Assembly (NCBI RefSeq): GCF_009914755.1
Contig: NC_060926.1
Strand: one strand, 5' to 3'
DNA length: 64,000 bases
DNA from: the human T2T-CHM13v2.0 reference genome, Homo sapiens
Below are positions 13,301 through 25,754 of the stretch, one piece after another (the stretch's first letter is position 1; every line of letters begins with the position of its first letter). The translations under genes were made by a program, and so were the position numbers. The notes under the pieces are model-generated. The model did no database searches and was not told where the DNA came from. It was given only the letters and a program-made list of their open reading frames with translations.

Positions 13301-14619
13301 AGCTAACAAAGACAAACAATGGGAAAAATGCTCCCTATTCAATAAATGGTGTTAGAAAAATTGGATAGCCATATGCAGAAGATTGAAGCTGGATCCCTTC
13401 CTTATGCCATATACAAAAATCAACACAAGATGGCTTAAAGACTTAAACTTAAAACCCAAAACTATAAAAACCCTGGAAGACAACCCAGGCAATACCATCC
13501 TGGACATAGGAATAGGCAAAGATTTCATGACAAAGACACCAAAAACAATTACAACAAAAACAAACATTGACAAATGGGATCTAATTAAACTAAATAGCCT
13601 TTGCATATCAAAAGAAACTATCAACAGAGTACACAAACAACCTACAGAATTAGAGAAAATATTTGCAAACCATGCATCTGACAAAGATCTAATATCCAGC
13701 ATCTATCAGGAACTTAAACAAATTTACAAGAGAAAAACAACTCATAAAAAAGTGGTCAAAGGACATGAACAGACGCTTCTCAAAAGAAGAAATACATGGG
13801 GCCAACAATCATAGGAAGAAAAGTTCAGTATCACTGATCATTAGAGAAATGCTAATCAAACCCACAATGAGATACCTATCTCACACCAGTCAGAATGGCT
13901 ATAATTTAAAAAGTCAAAAAATTGCAGATGCTGGCAAGGTTGCAGAGAAAAGGGAACCCTTATACACTGTTACTGGGAGTGTAAATTATTTCAACTATTA
14001 TGGAAGACAGTATGGCGATTCCTCAAAGTGCTAAAAGCAAACTAACATTTGACCCAGCAATCCCATTACTGGGTGTATACCCAGAGGAACATAAAGTATT
14101 CTACCATAAAGAAACAAGAATGTGAATGTTCACTGTAGCACTGTTCACAATATGGAATCAACCAAAATGCCCATCAATGGAAGGACATGGAATCAACCTA
14201 AATGCCCGTCAGTGCCAGACTGGATAAAGAAAATATGGTACATACAAACCATGTAGTATTATACAGCCATAAAAGAACGAGACTGTGTCTTTTATGGGAA
14301 CATGGATGGAGCCAGAGGCTATCACCCTTAGCAAATTAATGGAGGAACAGAAAACCAAATATCACATGTTCTCACATAAAGTGGAAGCTAAGTGATAAGA
14401 ACTTATGCACACAAAGAGGAAAGCAACAGACACTGGGGTCTACTTGGAATGGGGAGGGTAGAAGGAGGGAGAGGAGCAAAAGAGATAACTAATAGGTACT
14501 GAGCTCAATACCTGGATGATATAATAATATGTACAACAAACCCCCATGGCATGTGTTTATCTAGGTAACAAACCTCCACATGTACCCCCAAACCTGAAAT
14601 TAAAAGTTAAAAAAAAGAA
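10362..14619 (+). mobile_element. 5'-truncated L1PA12/13-like LINE-1 (end of ORF1, degraded ORF2, 3'UTR, A tail)
   Basis: ORF2 start atgacaggatcaaatcc (~10544); ORF-track fragments MKLDPFL..., [17 protein letters not shown]; 3'UTR gaggagcaaaagagataactaataggtac; A tail ~14610-14619. Confidence 0.93.
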
Positions 14620-15026
14620 AATATAATAGTTTTCTAAAACCTTGTGTCATTTTACACTCTGACTAGCAAACACTCTATGAGACATTCTAAAAGATATGTA
14701 TTGATATGTCCATAATGACTGATTTAGCTAAACATCTTTTCACATGCTTATATCTGTGTATCTTCTTTAGTAAAGTGCACCAATACATTGCAGACCTTTT
14801 GTGGGTTGTTTGCTTCCCTATTGGGTTTGAAGACATTTTGATATAATCTTGATATAAGTACTTCATCAAAATATTATTTACAAATGCTTATTTTTTCCAT
14901 CCTATGTCTCCATTTAATTATCTTAGAAATTTTTGAAGATTAAAAAGTATTAATTTTGATAAAGTCTAATTTACATTTTTTTTTCTTTTGTGGGTCATGG
15001 TTTTGGTGTCATATCTAAAAAATCTT
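14620..15026 (-). mobile_element. Old L1M fragment, left half of a split host element
   Basis: Antisense late-ORF2 text ending ttttggtgtcatatctaaaaaatctt, which resumes at ~20950. Confidence 0.7.
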
Positions 15027-15414
15027 GAGTTCTGTAAATAAAGAGATTAAAAGTCACCATTCCATCCTAATAGTAAGCAAAAAGCTGAACAAACTGAAAA
15101 ATAAAAAAAATCTTAGATCCATAAGAGAAGTCAGATGACAGGGCAAACCACTGTCCTTAAAACTGGAGAAACTGACAGGGGGATATAGGGAATCACAACA
15201 TATCAGAGCAAAAACTTCCATGGGAACCAGTGTCAAGGTAATAAAACCTAAACTGTATTTGACATTGCTGGAGGCTAGGTGTGGACAAGTATGAGAATTA
15301 AAAACTCCAGAGGGACGTAGTCATAGGGGGACCCCACACTTTCATAAGTTTACCCTCCAGGAGTTTACTCAGGTTCTCACAGTAAATATTGGGAAAAAAT
15401 CCCTACAGACAGAA
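15027..15414 (+). mobile_element. L1MC-type 5' end
   Basis: aaaaagctgaacaaactgaaaa...cttagatcca...acagggcaaaccactg matches the recalled L1MC 5' consensus. Confidence 0.65.
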
Positions 15415-16528
15415 ATAAAGAATATGTTATTGGAAACTGGAGAAAAGGCAATCCTTGTCATAAACTGACAAAATCCTTGGCTAAATTGTGTTTTGCGGAA
15501 GGCAAAAGGTATGAGCAATGAATTGGGTATTTGGCTGAACAAATTTCTAAGCAAAGTGCTTAAAGTGTGTCCTGGCCCCTTTTCAATTCTTACAATAAAA
15601 TGTAAGAAAAGAGAAATGATTAAAGGCCAAACTTTTAATCAAAAAGGAAGCAGGACTTAAAAATTTGGAAAATTCTCAGCCTACTCGTTGCAAAGAATGA
15701 TAAAATATGTTCAGGAGAGAATAGAGGTAGAGACAAGTGATTTTCATAAGATTAGTCTGGACTTGCTATTTCAGCAGAAGCCAGGGACTACTCATCTAGA
15801 CAAGAGAGGAATAATCCTGAGGGCATTTTGTAAATTACTGGAGTTACCACCTCCCATCATAGGTCCAGAGTGCAAGGAACTGGAGGTCGAAGCCATTTCA
15901 AGGCTCTGCTCCATGAATTTTAGCACAGTGCTCCTTGGCTGCCCTAGGTGTGACTCCAGTGGTTTCAGGTGCAGTGTGGACTGAGTTGGCTACCTCTCCA
16001 GAGGGCACAAATACTCAACATTGGCAGTGTCCACTGTGTGCCATCTCATCTTCCCCAGAGCATACAGTGCATGAACTGTTGAGATGTGGCTATCTCCATC
16101 TAGATTTTGAAGGACAAGGCTGCCTGGATCCTGGTGCCCAACCCCTATCCTGTATTTCCAGAAAGCATGACATTGAGTAAAAAAAGATTATTTTTGATCC
16201 TTAATATTTAATTTTGTTTGCCCTGTTTGGTTTCAGACTTGCTTGGGACTTGTTACCTCTGTCATCTTTCCTATTGCTCCCTTTTGGAATCAGAATGTAT
16301 ATCCTAAGCCTGTACCAACACTGTACTTTGGAAGAACATAACCTGTTTATTTTATAAGCTCACAACTAGAGAGTGTCACCCATATCTAGTTTAGATAGTA
16401 TTTTCACGTAACTTTGGACTTCAGACTTGAGTTGATGTTGGAACATGTTAAGACTTCTGAGGCTATTGGGATGGAATGATGTGTTTTACAAGCAAGAAGG
16501 ACATAAATTTTGTGGATCTGCGGTAGAA
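15415..16528 (+). mobile_element. MaLR internal region (MLT1/MST-int); 5' LTR missing
   Basis: tgttattggaaactggagaaaagg, gaaaattctcagcct and gactttggactt...gagttgatg motifs of MaLR-int, directly upstream of an LTR. Confidence 0.8.
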
Positions 16529-16897
16529 TGGTATGATCTGAATGTCTGTGTCCCCCCCAAATTTTATATGTTGAAAATCTAATCATCAATGTGATGGTAT
16601 TCAAAGATGGGGCTAATTCAGAGATTGGATTATGAGAGTAGTGCTTTCATTAATGGAACCAGTACCCTTATAAAAGAAACACCAGAAAGCTATCTTTCCC
16701 CTTTCAATACACACAGTGTATTGAACACAGGGAGAAGCTATCTATGAAAAGCTATCTTTGTCCCTCTTCAGACACCAAAATTTTGGCAACTTGGTCTTAG
16801 ACTTTCCATTCTCTGCACCTATGGAAAATAAGTTCCTTTTGTTTATAAGCTACACAGGTTATATAATTTTGTTATAGCAGCCTGAACTTACTAAAAC
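16529..16897 (+). mobile_element. MaLR 3' LTR (MLT1A/MSTD-like)
   Basis: tggtatgatctgaatgtctgtgtcccc start; ttttgttatagcagcctgaac...ctaa end. Confidence 0.85.
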
Positions 16898-18057
16898 TCT
16901 TCCAAAACAGAAAGCACCAGGTCCAGATAAGTTCACCGGTGAATTCTACCATACATTCAAGGAAGAAATTTATCAATTAAAAAAAAAGGATCTCTTTAAG
17001 AATATAGAAGCAAAGAGAATACTTCTTAACTCATTCTATTAGTCCAGCATCATGCTGATATTAAAACCAGACAAATGCATTACAATAATTAAAGGGTTTA
17101 ATTACTTTCACAAGCATAGTTGCAAAAATCCTCAACAAAATACTGGCAAACAAAGTCCAACATTGTATGAAAACAATTGTACACCAAAACCAAGAGGGAA
17201 TTTTCTCAAGAATGCACAGCTAATTCAACTTTTAAAAATAAATTAACATAATTCATCACATAATCAGGCTGAAAAAGAAAAGTCACATGATTATATCAAT
17301 AGATGCAGAAAAGGCATTTCACAAAATCCATTTATGATAAAAATCTCCCTGCAAAATACAATGCCGGGAAACTTCACCAACTTGATCTAAAATATTTATT
17401 TAAATAATGATAGCTAACATAATTCTAAAGTGTGAGAAAATAGCTTCTTTTTTATTGAGATTGAGAACAAGGCAAAGACTCCAGTGTGGTCAAGATGCCA
17501 TTTCTTTCCAGTTTGATCTTCAGATCCAATGCAGTCTCAATCACAATGCCAAACAGTTATTATTTTTTTTAGCTATTAGCAAATTGATTCTAGAGTTCAT
17601 ATAAAGAGGCACAAGATCCAGAATAGCTGAAACAATATTGAAGAAGAACAACAAATTTGAAGAACTGACACTACTCAAGTTTAAGATTTACTATGAAACT
17701 ATAATAAGAGAAACAGTGTGGTATTGGCAAAAAAAAATCTACAAATAGAATAGAGAGCTCAGAAATAGATCCACATAAATATAATCAACTGATCTTTTAA
17801 AAAGAAGCAAAAAAAATACAATGGAGAAAAAATTGTCTCTGTAATAAATGGTATGAGAACAACTGGACATTCACATGGAAAAAAATGAATTTAGACACAA
17901 AACTTAGGGTCTTCACAAAAGTTAACTGTAAATGGATCATAAACCTAAATGTAAAATGCAACACTGTAAAACTCTTACAAAATAACAGAAGAGAAGATAT
18001 TGATGACCTTGGGTTTGGCAATGAGATTTCAGTTATGAAATTAAAGGCACAATCCCT
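16898..18057 (+). mobile_element. L1MC1-like ORF2 fragments, with an internal deletion near 17480
   Basis: aaagcaccaggtccagat..., cacatgattatatcaatagatgcagaaaaggcattt; resumes at ~19561. Confidence 0.8.
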
Positions 18058-19560
18058 GAAGAAAGTCAAACTCTCTCTCTTTGCACACTCTATACCTAGA
18101 AAACCCCATAGACTCTACCAAAAGGCTGCTAGAACTGCAAAACAACTTCAGTAAAGTTTCAGGAAACAAAGTCAATGTACAAAAATCAGTAGCATTTCTA
18201 TACATCAGAAATCTCCAAACTGATAGCCAAATCAGGAATGCAATCCCATTTACAATAGCCAAAAAAGAATAAAATAACTTTAAATACAACTCACCAAGGA
18301 GGTGAAAGACCTCTACAGTAAGAATTACAAAACACTGCTGAAAGAAGTAACAGATGACAAAAACAAATGGAAGAACATTTCGTGCTCATGGATGGAAAGA
18401 ATCAATATTGTTAAAATGGTCATACTGCTCAAAGAAATTTACAGATTCAATGCTATTCCAATCAAATTATCAACATTATTTTTCACAGAATTGAGAAAAG
18501 CTATTCTAAAATTTATATAGAACCAAAAAAGAACCAGAATAACCAAAGCAATCCTGAGCAAAAAGAACAAAGCCAGAGATATCACACTATCTGACTTCAA
18601 ACTATACTACAGGGCTACAGCAACCAAAACAGCATAAATCTGGTACAAAAACAGACACAGAGATCAATGAAACAGGATAGAGAACCCAGACATAAAGCTG
18701 TACATCTACAACCACCTGATCTTTGACAAAGTCAACAATAACAAACAATAGGGAAAGGACACCCTATTCAAAACATGGTGCTGGGATAACTGGCTAGCCA
18801 TATACAGAAGAATGAAACTGGACCCCTTCCTTTCACCAAATACAAAAATTAACACAAGATGGATTAAAGACTTAAATGAAAGACCAAGAACAGATGGTGG
18901 CAAGGTTACAGAGGAAAAGGAACACGTACACTGCTGGTGGAAATTTAAATTAGCTTAGCCACTGTGGAAAGCCCTTTAAAGATTTCTCAAAGAACTTAAA
19001 AATTATCATTTTATCCAGCAATTTTACTACTGCATATATACCCAAAGAAAAATAAATTGTTCTACCAAAAAGACACATGCACTAATATGTTCATTGCAAC
19101 ATTATTCACAATAGCAAAAAGAGATTCAACTGAAGTACCCATCAATGATGGACTGAATAAAGAAAATTTGAAATATACATACATACACACACACACAGCC
19201 ATAAAAAAAGACCAAAATTATTTTCTTTGCAGAAATATGAATGCAGCTGGAGGCCATTATCCTAAGCAAACTAATGCAGGTATGGAAAACCAAATACCAC
19301 GTTCTCACTCACAAGTGGGAGCTAAACATTGAGTACACATGGACACAAAGATGGAAACAATATACACTGGGGACTGCTTGAGAAGCGAGAATGGGAAGGG
19401 GATATGGGTCGGAAGGCTACCTATGGGGTACTATGCTCACTAGCTGTGTAATGAGATCACTTGTACACCAAGCCCTAGCAACATACAATTTACCCTTGTA
19501 ACAAACCTGCGTGTGTTCCTCTGGATCCTAAAAGTAGAAGAAAAAAATTAAGAAAAAAAA
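18058..19560 (+). mobile_element. 5'-truncated L1PA15-17-like element nested in L1MC1, with an internal deletion near 18890
   Basis: ORF-track YLENPIDS..., [15 protein letters not shown]; 3'UTR ctacctatggggtactatgctcac...caatttaccc; A-rich tail. Confidence 0.85.
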
Positions 19561-20767
19561 TACAAATAAAAGATAAGTTGGACTTAACTATAGTTAATTT
19601 TATTTCCCATGCATGAAATGCTCTCAAGAGAGTGAACGGACAAGCCCCATACTGGGGGAAAATATTTGAAAAAGACATAGTTGATAAAGGACTATTATTC
19701 AAAATATACAAAGAGCACTTAAACTTCAACATAAGAAAACAAAACAAAACAAAACTTAAAAATAGGCCAAAGACTTAACAGACCTTACCAAACAAGATAT
19801 GCAGATGGAAAATAAGCATATGAAAACATGCTCCACATCAAATATCATAAGGGAAATGCAAATTAAAAGAATGAGATACCACTACATACTTATTAGAATG
19901 GCCAAATTCAAAGCACTGACAACACCAAATGCTGGTGAGGATGTGAAGTGACAGGACTCTAATTTATTACTGTTAGAAATGGAAAATGGTACAGTCACTT
20001 TGAAAGGCAGTTTGATGTTTTGTTTTCTTTTTAAATATAACTAAGCATACTTTTATAATATGATTCAGCAATCATGCTTCCAAAGGAGTTGGAATTTACC
20101 CAAAAGAGTAAAAATCTTATGTGCACAGGTGTTTACATCATCAATCATAATTGCCAAAACTTGGAAAGAACCGCAATCCCTATTTAGTTCAATGGATAAA
20201 TAATCTGTGATACATCCAGAAAATGGAACATTATTCTACAATAAAAGAGATGGGTTATCATACCATGAAAAGACATGGCAATTACTTAAATGCGTGCTAC
20301 TATATGAAATAAGGCGACCTAAAAAGGCTACGTACTGTAGAATTCCAACTATATGACATTGTTGAAAAGGCAAATGTATAGAGACAGTAAAATGATCAGT
20401 GGTTGCCAAGGCATACAGAGGAGGGAGGGATGAATAGGCAGAGTATGGAAGATTATTAGGGCTGTGAAACTACCACAATAATACTATAATTATGGATTTG
20501 TATCGTTATACATTTGTCCAAACTCATAGAACAAACAACAGCAAGAGTGAACCTTCATATAAACTATGGACTTTGCGTGATAATGATGTGTCAATGTAGG
20601 TTTATCAGTTGTAACTAATGTATCACTTTTGTGCGGGATGGTCATAATGGGAGAGGCTAGGAATGTGTAGGGGCAGGAAGTATATGAGGAATCCCTGTAC
20701 CTTCCTCTCAATTTTGCTGTGAACCTAAAACTACTCTACACAACAACAATAAAACCTTTTTAAAAAA
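19561..20767 (+). mobile_element. L1MC1-like ORF2 end and 3'UTR
   Basis: Terminal tatggactttg...tgtgtcaatgtagg...caattttgctgtgaacctaaaact characteristic of L1MC1/2. Confidence 0.85.
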
Positions 20768-20937
20768 GACATAGAACATCTCATCACCATATACATATTT
20801 TTGCACTCCTTTTCAATACATGCCACCACTACTACCCTCATCCTTGCTTGCCTAGAGGTAATCTCTATTCTGATTTCTATAAACTTTAATTAGTTTATGT
20901 TGTTGTTGAACTTTATATAAATGAAATCATATACTGC
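20768..20937 (-). mobile_element. Old L1M 3'-region fragment, out of order
   Basis: catagaacatc...ggtaatctctattctgatttctat...gaactttatataaatgaaatcata, antisense L1M 3'UTR-like. Confidence 0.6.
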
Positions 20938-20944
20938 AAAAAGA

Positions 20945-21450
20945 AGATGCTTGCCTAATCCATAGTTACAAAAATTTTCTCATATGATACCTTTCAGAAG
21001 TTTTACTTTAGTTTTAAAATTTAGATAATTTAGATCTTTGGTTTATTTTGAGTTAATTTTTGCATTGTGCAAGTTATGAAACATTTGTTTTATTATTGCT
21101 GTATGTGAATATCTAATTGTTTTATTTGTTGAAAAGTTTATCGTTTCTTTACTGAATTGATTTAGCATTTTTCTTGAATGCTAAACAATTAATTGACTAT
21201 CTATGCATGAGTCTACTTCTTGTCATATAATTTTATTCTATTGACCTATTTTTGTATCTCTTAATGCAGCACTATATTTATTACCACGGTTTCATAATAG
21301 CAGGTCTTGAAATCAGATAGTATAAGTTCTCTAATTTGTTTCTTCTTTTTCCAGTATATTTTGACTATTGACATCTTAACAATATTACAGTTTTTGATTC
21401 AGGAACCTGGCATAACTCACCAATAATTTTAGTATTCCTTAATTTCTCTT
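20945..21450 (-). mobile_element. Old L1M fragment, right half of the split host element
   Basis: ttgcctaatcc...ttttgagttaatttttg...tttgttgaaaag continues the 14620-15026 piece. Confidence 0.7.
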
Positions 21451-21469
21451 AGTAATATTTTTGTACATT

Positions 21470-22110
21470 AGTGGCTGCTTTAGTGTTTATAGTATACGTA
21501 TTTAATTCAACACAATCTATTTTCAGTTGATATTATACTATTTCACATATAAGAACCTAACAACTAAATATTTCTATTTTTCCTCTCTCAGCCTTTGTGT
21601 TATTGTCATACAATTTATTTCACATGTTATAAACACCACAATATATTATAAAAAATTATTTACACTGTCAGTTATCTTTCAAAGGCACTAAAATAATAAT
21701 AAAAAGAAACTTTTTTGTATTTACCCACATACCCACCATTTCCAGTGTTCTTTAATCCTTTTGTGGATCCAGATTTCCATCTGGTGTCATTTTCCTTCTC
21801 TCTAAAGGACTTTCTTAATATTTGCTTGTTTTAGACATCTGATGGTGATGAATTATTTAAGATTTTATATATATTTTGAAAGTCTATTTCATCTTGGTTT
21901 TCAAGGATGATTTCATTAGGTATAGAATTTTGGATCCACAGGTTTCTTTTATTTTTTCATGGTTTGTTTTATTTTGTCTCCCCTTTTTATACTTTAAAGA
22001 TATTGTTCTACTGTTTTCTGGATAGTCTTTTCTCCCAAAAGAAATCTGCTGTCATTATTTTCATTGTCTTCTGTATTTTCTGTGTCTTTTTTGTCTAGTC
22101 GCTTTTAAGG
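21470..22110 (-). mobile_element. Old L1M 5'/ORF1-region relic
   Basis: gatccagatttccatctggt...ggtgatgaatt...gtatagaattt...agaaatctgctgtcatt. Confidence 0.65.
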
Positions 22111-22410
22111 CTGGCTTGCTTTCTTTTTCTTTCTCTCTCTTTCTCCTTTCTTTTCTTTTCTTTCCTATCTCTTTTTTCATCTATCTATGTATCTATATAT
22201 CTTTTTTCACCTATCATTACTAATTAGAGTGATTTTTTTTGGCTATGGCTTTCTAAACTGTATAAGTATTCTTAATTAAAATCTTAACTCCTTTTAATTT
22301 AAGCCAATGATTGCATGTATTTTTCCCCAAAGTCTTAACCAAAGCAGGAAAAAAAAAAAAACAAACCCTATTTAAATTTGCTGTCTTATTTGTTTGTTTG
22401 TTTTACTGGC

Positions 22411-22423
22411 GTGTGTGTATGTG

Positions 22424-22456
<33 letters not shown>
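22411..22456. repeat. (TG)n microsatellite
   Basis: Visible. Confidence 0.95.
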
Positions 22457-22458
<2 letters not shown>

Positions 22459-23263
22459 TTCTAGCCTGTGTGTGTACTGGAGATGTAGTAGCTTAAAGAT
22501 GTTGGATGTATGTGAGGATTCTGTCGGTCCACCACGACCTTTTCCTCCTTTCTCCAGGTGATGATTAATACTCACAGTTTTGAATTTCTGTTATCATCAT
22601 ATATCTTAGAACAGATGTGGCTTCAGTTCTTGCTTATCACTTTGGTGTCAGCTTTCTTTTTGTTTTGGCCCTCTTTGGATTTTCCTTTAGCCTCTTGAGA
22701 GCTCTCCTATGCATTTAAAGATATAGTTTATCCAGCATTCCTAGGTGTTTAATACTGCATAGTTTTTCAGAACATCAAGGTTGTCATATTGCCAGAACAA
22801 TTCTAAGTGACAGTTTTAAAGATATCATTTACATTATTCACTTCAGTATAATTGTTATTATTTTTATCATGAATCTAAAGAACAAAAATTGTCTAGAATT
22901 TATCCTGGTTATAAACTCTTCTTCACAAAGCATTAGTGAAATTGATGTATCTTAATTTAGGTGATACCAAATAATTATTTTTATTGATATTCTTTCCCAC
23001 CAATTGAATTAAGCATTTCTTCTGACATTAGTATACTATCTTGTATCAATAAATGTTTAGTTGTTTTTCTAACATTCAAAGAGTTATCATATTTTCTGTG
23101 AATATTCTCTGTGTTCTGATTATGTGAGAGCCAGGACAGGCTAAACATTTGCTACATTAAGACCATGCATGTGTACCCAGATGTAGCCCATTCCCTAGCT
23201 CTGGTCTTATAAATGCTGGTGATAAACCAGACAAAAGAAAAAATAAGTTATCATATTTTTAAA

Positions 23264-23428
23264 ATGTTTCTTGTGATGACATGCAATATCTTAGATAAAA
23301 AATAAAATAACAAATAATGAATGTCTGTCTTAGCAACATGTTAAAATGAATGTTTAAGAGACAGTTGATACTAATTAAGAAATTAGGAAGTTAATTGCTC
23401 AGAATAATATTGGTTATCCTAGAAAATA
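23264..23428 (+). repeat. 165-bp unique segment, putative donor copy
   Basis: Direct repeat of 23969-24133; 9 substitutions and no indels by manual alignment. Confidence 0.95.
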
Positions 23429-23968
23429 CATTCTCAACAGAAGCCAAATTTGGCAATACCAATTTTGAAGTATTCACTGGACATGACATGGTTTAACATT
23501 ATAATCATTTACCTTAACACCCCTTGTACTAATTTATATTTCATTAGCAACATTGTCTTTATATTTTGACTTTCCAAGTAATTTCTTGCAAAGTAAATAA
23601 GTTGGCCAGTAAAACTATAAGTATTGTCTACCTAGCAGTTATATTTCTTTTTGTAATTTATTAAATTAGCATTCAATTTTACATCAGTTCTATGAGCTTG
23701 GCTAATATGAGACAATGTGAAAAAGATTGAAAAACTAAAAATTAATCCTGAAATACTGTGAACAAACATACTCTAGATGCTATATATATGTCATCAACTT
23801 ATCAGCTACTCCCTAGAGGACCCCTTTGCCTTAGTTATATAAGCAGTTATTCATTTCCCTATTATTCATTGAATCAGGCAACCATCCATCCCCTCCTCTA
23901 TCCATTCATCCATCCATTCTGACACTGAACCAACGTTTTTTAAGTATCATATATATATGTATATATAT

Positions 23969-24133
23969 ATGTTTCTTGTGATGACCTGCAATTTCTTAGA
24001 TAAAAAATAAAATAACAAATAATGGATGTCTGTCTCAGCAACATGTTAAAATGAATGTTTAAGAGACATTTGATATTAATTAAGACATTAGGGAGTTAAT
24101 TGCTCAGAATAATATTGGTTATCTTAGAAAATA
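23969..24133 (+). repeat. 165-bp duplicate embedded in a (TA)n tract
   Basis: Flanked by TA repeats at 23949-23970 and 24131-24178. Confidence 0.95.
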
Positions 24134-24684
24134 TATACTATATATATTTTTATACATATATATATACTATATATATATGCACACACACACAAAGCACAAC
24201 AATGAAAAAAATGGTCACAAAAGAGAGTGTAATCAGGTATTTTTAGTTTATCTTTAATATAAAATTAAAAAATAAATATTTGTTACTCTTTCAATATCAT
24301 CACTTCTTTCACTTTATCTGAAATTATTGTATCTGTGTCTGTGAGAGAGTAAGATTTGATCCTGGGCATTTTTTTTAAGTGGGAAAATAGAGTAAAAGTA
24401 AAAATTAAATGGATAAAAGTAAACAAAATCAAAAAGTCACATCACAATAGCAATCATTTGTGATAGTCTTTTTTTATTTCAAAAATATATGTTGAATATC
24501 AACCATGTCCAAGGCATACTTTTAATTGCTGTACTTTCAAAGATTATGTATCAGTGTTTTTGAACTTGGCACTTTCTTTTTTCTACAGCATGTTCTAGGT
24601 CATTATTTATTACACATTGAATTTTTTATATTAAATTTTAAATGACTTACAATAACCATTATTACAAATCTAAAGATTTTTCAT

Positions 24685-25109
24685 TTTAAATTTATTTTTA
24701 TTATATAAATTTAAGGTTTACAAGACGTATTGATATACATATATTATAAAATGATTACTATAGTCAAGCAAATTAACATATCCATCACCTTTCATTACCT
24801 TTTTCTGTGATGAGAGCACCTGAAATCTACAGTTGTCACAAATTTCAATATATAATGCAATATTATTAGCTATATTCCTCATGCTGCACATCACATTTCT
24901 AGATGTATTCATCCTACATGGCTGCAAGTTTGTACTTTTTGACTTACTTCCTATTTCCACTTTCTCCCCTCCCCTGATAGACACTATCCAACTCTGTTTC
25001 TATGTATGCAAATTATAGAGATTCCATATATAAGTTAAATCATGCAGTATTTTTCTTTCGGGGCCTGGCTCATTTCATTTCATTTCTTTTGGGGCCTGGC
25101 TCATTTCAT
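24685..25109 (-). mobile_element. L1MA (L1MA9/10-like) 3' end
   Basis: aaatgattactatagtcaagcaaattaacatatccatcacc...agattccatatataagt...catgcagtattt. Confidence 0.8.
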
Positions 25110-25754
25110 ATTATAGCACATTTACCAACAAATGGCACCTCTATGTTTAGCAACTGAGCATTAATATTTAAAACATATATACTATGTAGACATACACATT
25201 TCTATTATCTATGTATGTATCTATAAGGAGGACATATTTTTTAAAACGTAAACAATCTTTGTTTTCCTGAGAAATTGGATTTGTTCTCAGAGAAAATGGA
25301 ATAAACCAAGAGAAATCTTGAAATGTAACTGGTCATGTTAATCATTAGCCAACATTTTGGATTTCCACAAATTATGGGATGTAAAACTACTGACCTGCTA
25401 TTTAGAAGCATAGCTTACAATTTTTTCAACTGTCTCGTTAAAATATTTGATTGTCTTTATAAATACTGGCCATGTGTTAAGAATTTTTGATATTTATTTA
25501 CACTTTAAAACTACAGAAGAAATATTTGATATCTTCCTATTATAGTACAGACATATTCCTACAAGTGTTGCAATTTTTACTCTAATGACTGATACTGTAC
25601 AATCAAACAGTAATTGACTGTTTTAAAATGTTTTACTAAACTGACCAATACAAGTCCTAAGTATATTCTCATACAAGCTTATTAAGGTAAATGGAACTAA
25701 ATCAGCACATGTAACAAAGGATCATTCAAAATCAAAAGATCAAGGATTTTAATT

